A stretch of DNA of 64,000 nucleotides from sequence record PQ850628.1, one strand, 5' to 3'. The number at the start of each line of letters is the position of its first letter. Position 1 is the stretch's first letter. Source of the DNA: Escherichia phage StefiGeyer_Bas88. The position numbers were made by a program, and so were the translations under genes. Positions 30,145-39,187 of this stretch are shown one piece after another. The notes below the pieces were generated by a model. That model saw only the letters and a program-made list of their open reading frames with translations, searched no databases and was not told the DNA's origin.

Positions 30145-30619
30145 CTACCTCAACCAAAGCTCTCTCAATGATTTCATCCCAAGATGCTTCATGGTCCACT
30201 GGAACAATAGGATTAATGTGGTCAACAGCTACTTCCTTAAGAGGAGAGTCATTACCACACATGGCACACTTGTAGTGCATTGCCAGCTTGCCAGTCTTAG
30301 GGTTGATCTTACGTTCTGTCTGAGCTTCTTTGAGAGCATCAAACATAGGCTTCCACTTTCTAGTCAGAGAACGAATCCCTGACTTGATGAAGGAATTGTA
30401 ACGTGCTTCAGTCCACTGGTTTGAACATCTTGTTTTCTCAGCCTTCGCCATAACCAACATCCATCTCAGCGTCTTCCCAAATACGTTTGTTAATACGATG
30501 TGATTCTTTTTCAGCACGAGGGATACGTCCAGTACGACGATCAAATGCTTGATGTTTAATCTTCTGGTCTTTGCGAGACTCACGATTAGAGGAATTTTCA
30601 TCATACGAACGATAGTCAA
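30047..30619 (-). CDS. HNH endonuclease
   Basis: CAMCGN...VDHINPIVPVDHEASWDEIIERALVEVDGFQVLCKEPCHKIK: Cys pairs flanking the H-N-H core. Confidence 0.55.
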   Translation of the reverse strand: MTIVRMMKIPLIVSLAKTRRLNIKHLIVVLDVSLVLKKNHIVLTNVFGKTLRWMLVMAKAEKTRCSNQWTEARYNSFIKSGIRSLTRKWKPMFDALKEAQTERKINPKTGKLAMHYKCAMCGNDSPLKEVAVDHINPIVPVDHEASWDEIIERALVEVDGFQVLCKEPCHKIKTKEENDARREFKKSRDS

Positions 30620-30642
30620 ATTTACCCATTATAATATCCTTA

Positions 30643-31485
30643 TTACCAAGTTTTATCTAACCATGACCATTCAAAGAGGTCACCTTCAGCTTGTCCGACG
30701 AAGAGCAATCGAGCATTTTCTAACATCTTAGCTTCTGCTTCTTCCTCGAACCTCTTATAGTATTCCATTCGTATAATATGATAAAGAGTCCACTTATCGA
30801 ATACCTTCTCAATAAGTTTGATAGCAGCTTTGCTACCAATACCCTTACGACGCATAACTAAGTTACCGCCCCACATCATTTCAACTTTCTCACCACATCC
30901 GGGGATGTTGTCTGTACTGTCCCCAATCAACATCTGATAGAAGAAGTTCTGCCATGCTACTTCCTCTGGTACATAATGAGGGGGTACTTCTTTCTGTCGT
31001 TCACCACAAGCCCAGCGATAATGCCATCCGGGAGTGATTAACAAATCCTTATCACGAGTACAGATGATTGTGTTCTTTTCTATACGCTGTCGTTCAGCGA
31101 GTGCATCATCTGCTTCTCTGCCAAACACTTCAACATACTGGTAATGTTCTTTGATATAATCACTAACGTTCTGCCAGTGATGTGGCCTTTCTCCCGGAGG
31201 TCGGTTAGCTTTATAACCTTGCTGCTTGGCAACATCGAAGCGGAAGTTTCCACCTTCGCTGAAATAAAAGATTGTTCTTTCACAACCAGCTCTTGAGATG
31301 ATTACATCAATCTTATGTTGGAGACGTTCAATCAAGAATCCATAATCAACTGGAACACGACCTGTGTCTAGGAAAGGATGCTCTTGTGTAAGAGCACCAA
31401 CCTCATACCGTAGAACATCTGCATCCACAATTGCTACTTCAGGATAGATTACATCAGACATAGAGACCTCTCCGTGTCCCTTCAA
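30643..31485 (-). CDS. 5'-3' exonuclease / flap endonuclease
   Basis: Motifs IVDADVL, GREADDALA, TRDKDL and H3TH-like LIGDSTDNIPG typical of Pol I 5'-exo / T4 RNase H family. Confidence 0.75.
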   Translation of the reverse strand: MKGHGEVSMSDVIYPEVAIVDADVLRYEVGALTQEHPFLDTGRVPVDYGFLIERLQHKIDVIISRAGCERTIFYFSEGGNFRFDVAKQQGYKANRPPGERPHHWQNVSDYIKEHYQYVEVFGREADDALAERQRIEKNTIICTRDKDLLITPGWHYRWACGERQKEVPPHYVPEEVAWQNFFYQMLIGDSTDNIPGCGEKVEMMWGGNLVMRRKGIGSKAAIKLIEKVFDKWTLYHIIRMEYYKRFEEEAEAKMLENARLLFVGQAEGDLFEWSWLDKTW

Positions 31486-32050
31486 TAATCCACTCCAAAT
31501 CCTCCACTGCCTCTTCTACAGAACGGTCATTAAAGAGGAGGTAGGTTGGTAGGTTTGTTCCTTCAATATAAGAACGGGAGTCCCCTTCAAAGGAGCATCC
31601 ATCTCGGAGAATCTGAACTACTCGAACATGGAAACGTTTTTCCAGTTCTTCAACTTCTGCTTTAAACCCACCATCAGAGAATACAATAACATCATTCTGT
31701 GTTGGGATGCGTTGTTGAATACTGCTAACAGCAAGTTTACCCATGCAGGTATCACCAAACATTGGTTTCAGGTAGTTCTCACTAGTCGCAATCATTAAAT
31801 CTCGAACTGTCTTACCGCCCCATTCAGGACGGCTATATTCTTTCCACTCACGGTCGTTGTATAGCTCCATGAACTCATAAAGAGGAAGTCCTAATGCAGC
31901 AGCAGCCACTCGATACATAGGCTCCTTAAAAGCCTTTACATGCGGTCTAAACTCAGTGTTACCGACGGTCTTCTCTAACCAAGCATTAGCGATTGTATCT
32001 TTACCACAACCCGGTGGTCCATTCAGAATTACTACTAATGGTTTACTCAT
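31454..32050 (-). CDS. P-loop nucleotide kinase (dNMP kinase-like)
   Basis: Walker A GPPGCGKDT at N-terminus, 198 aa. Confidence 0.55.
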   Translation of the reverse strand: MSKPLVVILNGPPGCGKDTIANAWLEKTVGNTEFRPHVKAFKEPMYRVAAAALGLPLYEFMELYNDREWKEYSRPEWGGKTVRDLMIATSENYLKPMFGDTCMGKLAVSSIQQRIPTQNDVIVFSDGGFKAEVEELEKRFHVRVVQILRDGCSFEGDSRSYIEGTNLPTYLLFNDRSVEEAVEDLEWIIEGTRRGLYV

Positions 32051-32700
32051 TATTGAATCATCCCTTGAAGATCTTCTTTATCAAAGTGCTTCTCTACTAC
32101 AGCTTCATACAGATCACGATTCTCTGCATATCGGCGATAGAAGGTTCCGTGTGAAATTCCTAACTGCTGCTGAATATGATCATGAGGTATTCCAAGGAAG
32201 AGCATAGAGAACATGCTTGCCATTTTCTTGGTATCCATAATATCACTTAAGTCTTGGAAGAAGAAAAAGATTCTAGATTCCAAGAATGGGTCTCCAGTAG
32301 AGTCATGCTTATCCATCGCAATCTCTAAAGGACTTTCCCATGAGTTCATCTCAGGGGGTCTAAACATATCAGCCTCTGGAATAGAGTAGATACGTCGGTC
32401 TCCAACTGTCTGACGGTTAGAACGAATTGACCAGATGATATTCTTAACACGATAAGTCATGTGTTCAATATCTTTTTCATCAGTGAGCAGAAGTTCTTCT
32501 TGCTTTGCAAACACAAAACGCCAAGCGTTCAGTAACACTTCCTGAGCAACATCCTCTGCTTCGTGATAATCTTTAATGTCATACATAAAATAGCGATGCA
32601 CAACTTTCCAATTCTCTCGATAGAATTCATCGAAGGTTGGATAATATTTAATAGGAATGCCATGAATACGATAGCGTGTGGGTGTTGTCTTCTTCTTCAT
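32050..32700 (-). CDS. phage-encoded sigma-70 family factor
   Basis: Region-2-like [16 protein letters not shown] and C-terminal HTH-like [22 protein letters not shown], resembling ECF-type sigma factors. Confidence 0.55.
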   Translation of the reverse strand: MKKKTTPTRYRIHGIPIKYYPTFDEFYRENWKVVHRYFMYDIKDYHEAEDVAQEVLLNAWRFVFAKQEELLLTDEKDIEHMTYRVKNIIWSIRSNRQTVGDRRIYSIPEADMFRPPEMNSWESPLEIAMDKHDSTGDPFLESRIFFFFQDLSDIMDTKKMASMFSMLFLGIPHDHIQQQLGISHGTFYRRYAENRDLYEAVVEKHFDKEDLQGMIQ

Positions 32701-32724
32701 AAGTCGTCCTTAACTTACTTTATA

Positions 32725-32949
32725 TTAAACTACACAGAACAAATACATTGCTGTGTCAGGACAAGGGATGGCTGTCTGAATACCACTTACCTTAATCCAC
32801 ATATCTTCTTCAGGGTCGTAATAGGCCCAATAGGATTGATCTCCATCTACAAAGAATTTAAAAGTTCGTCCCCAAACCTGATTATTATATTCCCATACTG
32901 CATGAAGTTGAGTAACACCTTCTGGTATTGTAAGTTCCGCTCTGATCAT
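32725..32949 (-). CDS. hypothetical protein
   Basis: 74-aa ORF in operon context. Confidence 0.35.
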   Translation of the reverse strand: MIRAELTIPEGVTQLHAVWEYNNQVWGRTFKFFVDGDQSYWAYYDPEEDMWIKVSGIQTAIPCPDTAMYLFCVV

Positions 32950-33206
32950 TGTATTCCTCTCTCCTTGAGAGCTTTCAGTAAACCATTATGGTTAGCAGCA
33001 CAGGTTGTGTAGTTGTCCTGATACCACTCTAATGTTGTTGCAAATGCCACTCCCTGTGCACTCTGAAGCAAAGGGAGATCAACATCACACTCAGCTTTTA
33101 GGTTTGTTGGTAAGGGTATTAGCTGCCTGCTGTTGTCGCTCATTGAACAAGCTGACATACTCATCGCTAGCGCACACATTGTAAAAAACTGGCTTAGTCT
33201 TCTCAT
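32946..33206 (-). CDS. o-spanin candidate (outer-membrane lipoprotein)
   Basis: Signal peptide ending in lipobox-like MSAC; Pro-containing body; start embedded in the 3' part of the upstream TM/coiled-coil gene in another frame. Confidence 0.4.
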   Translation of the reverse strand: MRRLSQFFTMCALAMSMSACSMSDNSRQLIPLPTNLKAECDVDLPLLQSAQGVAFATTLEWYQDNYTTCAANHNGLLKALKERGIQ

Positions 33207-33438
33207 AATGCATCTCTTTGTAAACAGTTTCCGTGTTCTTCTTCCAGTTAGTTAAACTAGTTAGAACTTTCTGAGCTACTTCATCAGCAGCCTTAGCTCT
33301 CTCAATCTCAATCTCTTGTTGTTTCTTCTCTTGGTCAAGAGTGTTACTATCATTTCGATATTGTTCAAACTTCATTCCACCAAAGAATACAAGAGCTGTA
33401 AAGATTAAGAAGCCGATATTGTTTTGAAGCTTTTCCAT
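33091..33438 (-). CDS. i-spanin candidate
   Basis: ATG at 33438 preceded by GGAG; N-terminal TM helix IGFLIFTALVFFGG followed by charged coiled coil; overlaps the lipoprotein gene. Confidence 0.4.
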   Translation of the reverse strand: MEKLQNNIGFLIFTALVFFGGMKFEQYRNDSNTLDQEKKQQEIEIERAKAADEVAQKVLTSLTNWKKNTETVYKEMHYEKTKPVFYNVCASDEYVSLFNERQQQAANTLTNKPKS

Positions 33439-33450
33439 TTTAACTCCAAC

Positions 33451-33474
33451 GAAAAAAGCCACCCGAAGGTGGCT
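33451..33474 (-). terminator. intrinsic terminator (minus strand)
   Basis: Minus-strand RNA AGCCACC-UUCG-GGUGGCU followed by UUUUUUC. Confidence 0.6.
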
Positions 33475-33497
33475 AAGCTATTACAAGGAGAGATTCA

Positions 33498-34238
33498 TTA
33501 GAAAGGGCTGTCATCTTCTTCAAAGGTAGATTGCGGCTCTTCATTAATAGTAGGGATACTTGGAGTCGCGTCTTTCTGTTCAGTGTCAGAAGCGCGAGTA
33601 ACTTCACGACCAGCCAGAGGAATGTTTTTAGCATCATTAGCTTGGGTCAGGAGGTTACGTTGGAATGGGAACATAGCTTGATAAGCAGCCAAGTTAGCGT
33701 CAGTTTCAGCATACGGTTCGAAGAAGATCAACTCACTACGAGGAGCACCTACAGCATCACGATACTTAGTTGGGATGGGGGTGATGCTCTTGATAGAGTT
33801 TTTCTTCTCACCAGCTTTGTTGGTGTAAGAATTAACCAGAATGTTGACAGGCTGACCAAGCAGCATATCTTTGAACCAACCCAAATCACCTTTCAGTGCT
33901 TGAACACTTGGGTCGATCATTTTAATTAGGTTCAGAATACCAGAGTTCTTAGCTCGTGGGTTTACATCGAAGGATTTAAACTGACAAGCAGGACGTGGGT
34001 CCAATGCCTTACCATCATTATCTGTACCAGTCGCGTCAACACCAATCAGTTCAAATGCCAAGTCCATACGGAAAGCGGGGTTCTTAGGAGTAACTGCTTT
34101 GGTCTTAGGGTCAATCCAAGGGTCACGATTGTGAACACCTAAACCTACTACACGAACAATGCGTGCTTCGTACTCGCCATCAGGGATTACATCGTAGTTG
34201 GATTTACGGGATACAGACAGTTCAGGGATCATAGACAT
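33498..34238 (-). CDS. single-stranded DNA-binding protein (putative)
   Basis: 246 aa ending in acidic tail FEEDDSPF resembling the SSB C-terminal DDDIPF tip; replication-module context. Confidence 0.5.
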   Translation of the reverse strand: MSMIPELSVSRKSNYDVIPDGEYEARIVRVVGLGVHNRDPWIDPKTKAVTPKNPAFRMDLAFELIGVDATGTDNDGKALDPRPACQFKSFDVNPRAKNSGILNLIKMIDPSVQALKGDLGWFKDMLLGQPVNILVNSYTNKAGEKKNSIKSITPIPTKYRDAVGAPRSELIFFEPYAETDANLAAYQAMFPFQRNLLTQANDAKNIPLAGREVTRASDTEQKDATPSIPTINEEPQSTFEEDDSPF

Positions 34239-34580
34239 ATTAATATTTCCTTATATAAATTTAAGATTGTTGCTCTCTTTGAGCGGTTGGTATACTATAT
34301 ACATTACACCTATACAGATAAGGTTCTATTATACTATAACCTTTTTGGTAGTAGATAACAGTAAGTAGTAATGTATATATGGTATAGCTAGTAAAGCTAT
34401 TGCAGGCTTGTATATTGGGCAATCATCGTAACCCTTGCAAGTACCGAAGGGCAGGAGACACCTGCGAGATAAAAATAGAGAATTAAGGAAACCCTTGATT
34501 TAGGTTGAGGACTCCTAGGACTTTGATTCTCTATTAAAATCAAAAGAAAACTAATTAACTTAACTTAAAAACAATAACTT
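34239..34580. promoter_or_regulatory. 342-bp AT-rich intergenic region with promoter-like elements
   Basis: Minus-strand TATAAT (complement of 34328-34333) with weak -35; palindromic CCCTTGCAAG...CGAAGGG segment; largest non-coding gap in the replication module. Confidence 0.3.
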
Positions 34581-35201
34581 CTACCATTCTAAAAGACCTT
34601 TAAAGCTAGTTTGTTCTACTGTTCTCTGAAAAGGTGAGTTAGATTCAGCTTGTTTACTTAACATCTCTTGTACTTCGCTGGTAATTGGATAATCTTTTTG
34701 TAATAAAGAAGCTACCCACTCTTTCCTACTTTCTAGTTCTTTTCTAATCTCTTGCAGAGATACAGCTCTATAATCAATTTGTTCCATAGAAGTACAAAAG
34801 TATCTCCAATCTTTAATAGTAGAATTATGAGTATGAGCATAGATATTATACTTCCCTCTCATTTCATCAGAGTGAATAGGAATATGAGTTACCCAAAACT
34901 CTTTGTACTTATAATCACCACTGATGTGTCTAAAGACTTTCATCATATCAGGGAGAAGTTCTAATCTGTCATGGTTTCCTAGGACAAGATGTTTCTCTCC
35001 TTTTACTTCAGCGATAATATCAAGTGCATATTTCTCAAACACCCAATCACCTGTAAAGAAAGTTTTATCACGTTTAGTAACATGGTCAAAAGCTGCTAGG
35101 ATAGCTTTGTCATGTTCTTCAATACTACTAAACTTCTTCCTAAAGTTACAGATGTTACGATGGCCTAGGTGACCATCACCTGCAAAATAAACTTCAGCCA
35201 T
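34581..35201 (-). CDS. calcineurin-like metallophosphoesterase
   Basis: Motifs AGDGHLGH, TGDWV, LGNHD, THIPIH, AHTHN. Confidence 0.7.
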   Translation of the reverse strand: MAEVYFAGDGHLGHRNICNFRKKFSSIEEHDKAILAAFDHVTKRDKTFFTGDWVFEKYALDIIAEVKGEKHLVLGNHDRLELLPDMMKVFRHISGDYKYKEFWVTHIPIHSDEMRGKYNIYAHTHNSTIKDWRYFCTSMEQIDYRAVSLQEIRKELESRKEWVASLLQKDYPITSEVQEMLSKQAESNSPFQRTVEQTSFKGLLEW

Positions 35202-35430
35202 TCTCGTACGTGTCCTCGTAATATGAGTAGTTGAAGGATTCGGCTTTCGTTTCAGCCTCCTCCCTATCGTCTGTTTCCAGAATCACTCTCCAGCCAAAAC
35301 CTTCAGGATATTCAGCCCCTTCGTCTAGCCAGACTTTAAACCTTTTAGATAGTACAGCCATCGCAGATATAATCTCCGCTGAGAGACTCTTGTAAGAGTC
35401 GGGATTGTTCATCTGACACCAGCTTATCAA
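35194..35430 (-). CDS. hypothetical protein
   Basis: 78-aa acidic ORF; start may be an internal Met. Confidence 0.35.
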   Translation of the reverse strand: MISWCQMNNPDSYKSLSAEIISAMAVLSKRFKVWLDEGAEYPEGFGWRVILETDDREEAETKAESFNYSYYEDTYENG

Positions 35431-35548
35431 CCTCTTCTTTCAGAGCCATAAGGTCAACAAAAGTCAGTAGTTCATGCCGATCAGCAATCACTTGGTATTT
35501 GTAATCACTGATATGTCCTACAGTTTGTGTGACGTAAATATTAGACAT
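35345..35548 (-). CDS. hypothetical protein
   Basis: 67-aa ORF. Confidence 0.3.
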   Translation of the reverse strand: MSNIYVTQTVGHISDYKYQVIADRHELLTFVDLMALKEEVDKLVSDEQSRLLQESLSGDYICDGCTI

Positions 35549-35772
35549 TACAACAACTCACTCTGTTTATTATTGATGATAGTCATCGCTGTGACTGGAT
35601 TATTTGTTCCGAGATACTCTAGAACAGGTGGACTACTAGCTGGTTTACCAGCCTCTACATAATTTTTAACCTTGCCACCAAGAATCGCTAGAGAAGCCTG
35701 AGCTTCGGATTCATCAGTATGAACTCGGTCAACTGTCTTCTTTCCAATCTTATAAGTGTGAACGTAAATCAT
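35548..35772 (-). CDS. hypothetical protein
   Basis: 74-aa ORF, tight coupling with neighbours. Confidence 0.4.
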   Translation of the reverse strand: MIYVHTYKIGKKTVDRVHTDESEAQASLAILGGKVKNYVEAGKPASSPPVLEYLGTNNPVTAMTIINNKQSELL

Positions 35773-35780
35773 TTTAATCC

Positions 35781-35963
35781 TTAGTAACGGGTGTTAGTAC
35801 GACTCCAACCCTCAACGTAACAGCGACCACCTACAAACTTAGTAGGTGCATTAAACTCTTTTGAGATTCGAGTCTCGCAATCTTCTTTACTATAGTCTCC
35901 AAGAGCATCCATCACCCAAAGAAATAGAGCAATAATAATAGACCAGATTAGGAACTTCTTCAT
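35781..35963 (-). CDS. small secreted/membrane protein
   Basis: 60 aa, N-terminal hydrophobic segment MKKFLIWSIIIALFLWVMDALG. Confidence 0.4.
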   Translation of the reverse strand: MKKFLIWSIIIALFLWVMDALGDYSKEDCETRISKEFNAPTKFVGGRCYVEGWSRTNTRY

Positions 35964-36352
35964 CGTATCACCAGAGGCTCTTCAGAGTACACAGGAGAAG
36001 CTATTTCTACTGGAGGTGCTGCTCTAAGGTCGTTAAGTCTTACGCCCTTCAGCATCCCTTCTAGGTGGTCCATTTTAGGAATACCAACAGGGAAGTCATC
36101 AATCCAAACATCCACAAAGAAACCTAAGCTCTGAGTAACAGAATCCTTCTGAACACCATTGCAAAAGATAACCGGGATATCTAGACTAGCAGCATCTGCC
36201 AGTAGTTCTTCATTTGTATACCCATTAGGTTCAGCGAATCGGTAAGTCACGATACGAACATCATGACCACGGGACTTCATAAGTCCTACGATATGTGTCC
36301 ACATCTCTTTGTCCGCTGTAAAAGTGTCGTCATAATCTAAGCCAATCTTCAT
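35960..36352 (-). CDS. HAD-family phosphatase-like protein
   Basis: N-terminal DxDxT motif (KIGLDYDDT) and C-terminal VWIDD. Confidence 0.5.
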   Translation of the reverse strand: MKIGLDYDDTFTADKEMWTHIVGLMKSRGHDVRIVTYRFAEPNGYTNEELLADAASLDIPVIFCNGVQKDSVTQSLGFFVDVWIDDFPVGIPKMDHLEGMLKGVRLNDLRAAPPVEIASPVYSEEPLVIR

Positions 36353-36365
36353 ACCAGCCCCTTAG

Positions 36366-36395
36366 ACAAGAAAAGCCACCCGAAGGTAGCTTATT
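36366..36395 (-). terminator. intrinsic terminator-like hairpin (minus strand)
   Basis: Minus-strand RNA AAGCUACC-UUCG-GGUGGCUU (one G-U pair) followed by UUCUUGUC. Confidence 0.5.
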
Positions 36396-36633
36396 TATTT
36401 TGTGTTTCCAGCTCGATAATACGAACCTTCAATCCATTGATCTCTGCATCAGCAGCTTCTAGCTTAATCAAACTTTCTTCAGCGTTAGCTTCAATCTGGA
36501 TAACAGCAGTAGTCAGTTCATACAAAGCTTGACGTAAGGTATCCTTACCCATAGAGTGAATCTGTGCAAGGAGATGTTGTTTACCTTCGGTTGTTTCCAG
36601 AGTTTCTTTTAATTCTTTAGAGGTTAGAGTCAC
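36391..36633 (-). CDS. hypothetical coiled-coil protein
   Basis: 80-aa helical ORF. Confidence 0.4.
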   Translation of the reverse strand: MTLTSKELKETLETTEGKQHLLAQIHSMGKDTLRQALYELTTAVIQIEANAEESLIKLEAADAEINGLKVRIIELETQNK

Positions 36634-36636
36634 TAT

Positions 36637-36803
36637 TAATTCCTTTCGTAGATTTTGAGAACTGTACCACCATCTGCTTCAATCTGAGCAACGACTTCAT
36701 CGCACTCTTCATCAGTATAAACCAGTTGGTTATGAAATTTACCAGTGGAATCTTGGTAATAGATGTTCCACTTTGGGGCGGGTTTACGAATCAGGTCCAT
36801 CAT
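36637..36803 (-). CDS. hypothetical small protein (55 aa, below ORF-track cutoff)
   Basis: ATG at 36803 preceded by AGGAG; translation MMDLIRKPAPKWNIYYQDSTGKFHNQLVYTDEECDEVVAQIEADGGTVLKIYERN; fills an otherwise empty gap. Confidence 0.4.
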
Positions 36804-36934
36804 TTAGCTTTCTCCTCTCGTTCTACCCATGTTTGAAATAATTCACCATAAGCTTTAGCGTCTTCAAAACGACCTTCATCCTGTGCGAGCTTTTGTTGCT
36901 TCAAGCACCATTCAGAACTTTTTACTTCTTCCAC
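36800..36934 (-). CDS. hypothetical small protein (44 aa, GTG start)
   Basis: GTG at 36934 preceded by AAGGAG; stop overlaps the next ATG (ATGA-type coupling). Confidence 0.3.
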   Translation of the reverse strand: MEEVKSSEWCLKQQKLAQDEGRFEDAKAYGELFQTWVEREEKAK

Positions 36935-37015
36935 TTCCTTGTCTCCTTAAAAAGAACTAATCAATAAGACTAGTTCATTTCGTAATACCATTCAACTCTT
37001 CCACTGAACTAATCA

Positions 37016-37327
37016 CTACTTCTCCACCACAAAGAGGTTAACTTCAATGAAAGTTTCGTATTGTGTTGACTCCTGCTTACGGGTGTAGTAGAAATGACGA
37101 CCTTCTAATGCACCTCCGTACTGAGTGGCACATCTTTTAACCATCTCTTTTATCACATCTACAACTGATACGCCTTTCCACGGACGTAACCCATGAGTAG
37201 GAATTTCTGCTGTGCAGGTTACTTGTGTGTAACCCACATCTTGGAGAGGTATATCAAGAATCAGTTTTGCCCAAGCATCAAAATTGAGCTTGGGATTATA
37301 TTTAACTTCAGTTTTGATATCAATCAT
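37016..37327 (-). CDS. hypothetical protein
   Basis: 103-aa ORF immediately downstream of DNA polymerase. Confidence 0.4.
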   Translation of the reverse strand: MIDIKTEVKYNPKLNFDAWAKLILDIPLQDVGYTQVTCTAEIPTHGLRPWKGVSVVDVIKEMVKRCATQYGGALEGRHFYYTRKQESTQYETFIEVNLFVVEK

Positions 37328-39174
37328 TAGTGAGTATGATTCCAGTTAAGCCCAATCTTACAATCTGATGCAAGAGGGCATTCCATCTTGAGGTATTCAC
37401 CCGCTTTACGAACACACTCCTCAGTGAGAGTGCGAAGTTTGTTAACATCGTCACGATGTACAGTGAACTGACCTTCATCATGCATGTCGATAACCTTCGC
37501 ACAACGAACACCATCACGCTCAATCCATTTATTGAGGAATAGCATTGCATACTTCATAACAATCGCCCCAGCGCTCTGTAAGAGCGTATTTAAGGCTTTG
37601 TGTGTCATGACCTTTCCTGTACCGTCACGTCTCATTGTAATACGACGACCGTCAACACCGTAGATGTATCCACTTTGTGCTTTCTCTGTCATACGTTCAA
37701 TAAGGATTGCAATACAAGGGTTCTCTGCTAAGAATCTAGCTCTCATTATAGAACCTTCATCAGCCCCACCACCAACAATACTACCTAGCTTAGCATCACC
37801 AGCTCCGTAGTTGAATGCGTAGATAAACGTCTTAGCATTATCACGGGTAGGCAAGCCAGCAAGTTTCTGGTTATGGGAGTGAATATCACCCTGTAAGAGA
37901 ATATCTCTGTACAATACGGCAGATGCTAAACCGCGTTCAGCTTCTCGTTTCTTAGCTGGGTTATTCTCTTGTTCTGCCTCTGCCAACATCTCACGACACT
38001 CTTTAATAAGGTAGTGAGCCAGCATACGCAGTTCTAACCCTGAACCATCATAACCAAGAAATACTTCATGACCAGAAGGTATGTAATATTTCAGAGCACC
38101 TATCGGTTTGTCTTTCTTGCCCGGTTTTCCCACTTCGTAGATAGTGTTTGTACCTTTTCGTACGTAACACCCATCAGGGATATGGTTGGTAATGATGATA
38201 GGATTGTGATTACTATCACTTGAGGTACAGTCAGACTGAAATAGACTGCGGCACTCGTGACCAAACAAACCGCGAGAAGGAATATTAACAACAATACGGT
38301 GTTTAAAACGAAATGTCGGAGTAGCGCAGCTATTAGCTTCGGCGGACAACTTACCATCTTCTCGTTCCTTGTCTATAAGACCATTAATCAAGCCAAGCCT
38401 ATGAGCCGCTACAACACGTCTCTTAAGCAAACTTCCCACACCCCCTAGCTCACCCCCAAGACCTTCTTCAAGCGTCTCCTCGAGGTTTGTAGGAGCTGTA
38501 GGCCATTTGTTTGACATGGCTAGAGCTTTCTTAATTTCATCAAAGGTTACAGGCTTCTTCCTGTTCGGATTCAAACCTAAACCGCTAACGTACGCTTTCA
38601 TGTAATTGACAGTGTGATAACGGAAGTGTTTATCCAAGAACCGACGAATGTCAGCGTCAATCATCTCAGCTGTCTGTTTTTCTTTAGCGTTTCCTCGCAT
38701 CCAAGCAGAATACCAAGCAGCATATGTGCCATACTTCTTCATCGCTTTACGGATTTCGTAAGTATTCCAAGGTTTCTTGGATGTGTTCCACTCTGGAGGA
38801 ATAAAGCCTTCGTCCATCAAGGCTTCTTTGATACGTGCATCTTTCGATGGGTCGAAGTCTACATACTCAACGCAAGTAAACGCCCCACCGATATCTTCTC
38901 TTTTAAGACCAACTCTGTCACAATAGAGCTGAGGCCACTTCTGTAAAGCACCTGACTTCTTAAAAGGTTTCGAATAAGTTGAACCATCCACCCGCATTTT
39001 GGGGAGGAGAGGAATCAGTTCTTTATCAATATTGACAATAATCTCTTTGAGAAGGTGAACAAACCACCGAGCGTTTCTTCTGTGGAAGTTGACGCCATGC
39101 TTCGCCTGCTTTGAGATTATATCAGCGACTGTCATCTCCGTTATGAAAGGTAACTTATCAGGGTTATCCATCAC
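37327..39174 (-). CDS. DNA polymerase, family A (polymerase domain only)
   Basis: Motif A YDGSGLELRMLAH, motif B RDNAKTFIYAFNYGAG, motif C VIDMHDEGQF; no 3'-5' exonuclease motifs in its N-terminal region. Confidence 0.85.
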   Translation of the reverse strand: MMDNPDKLPFITEMTVADIISKQAKHGVNFHRRNARWFVHLLKEIIVNIDKELIPLLPKMRVDGSTYSKPFKKSGALQKWPQLYCDRVGLKREDIGGAFTCVEYVDFDPSKDARIKEALMDEGFIPPEWNTSKKPWNTYEIRKAMKKYGTYAAWYSAWMRGNAKEKQTAEMIDADIRRFLDKHFRYHTVNYMKAYVSGLGLNPNRKKPVTFDEIKKALAMSNKWPTAPTNLEETLEEGLGGELGGVGSLLKRRVVAAHRLGLINGLIDKEREDGKLSAEANSCATPTFRFKHRIVVNIPSRGLFGHECRSLFQSDCTSSDSNHNPIIITNHIPDGCYVRKGTNTIYEVGKPGKKDKPIGALKYYIPSGHEVFLGYDGSGLELRMLAHYLIKECREMLAEAEQENNPAKKREAERGLASAVLYRDILLQGDIHSHNQKLAGLPTRDNAKTFIYAFNYGAGDAKLGSIVGGGADEGSIMRARFLAENPCIAILIERMTEKAQSGYIYGVDGRRITMRRDGTGKVMTHKALNTLLQSAGAIVMKYAMLFLNKWIERDGVRCAKVIDMHDEGQFTVHRDDVNKLRTLTEECVRKAGEYLKMECPLASDCKIGLNWNHTH

Positions 39175-39187
39175 CCACTCCTTATAA

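Noticed and set aside
34283-34306. Plus-strand extended -10 promoter-like element (TGGTATACT) in the SSB upstream region
   Set aside because: Would drive transcription antisense to the minus-strand replication genes; weak -35; recorded only as part of the intergenic region.
37320-37550. 76-aa ORF overlapping the DNA polymerase 3' end
   Set aside because: Same strand, different frame, fully within the polymerase coding sequence.
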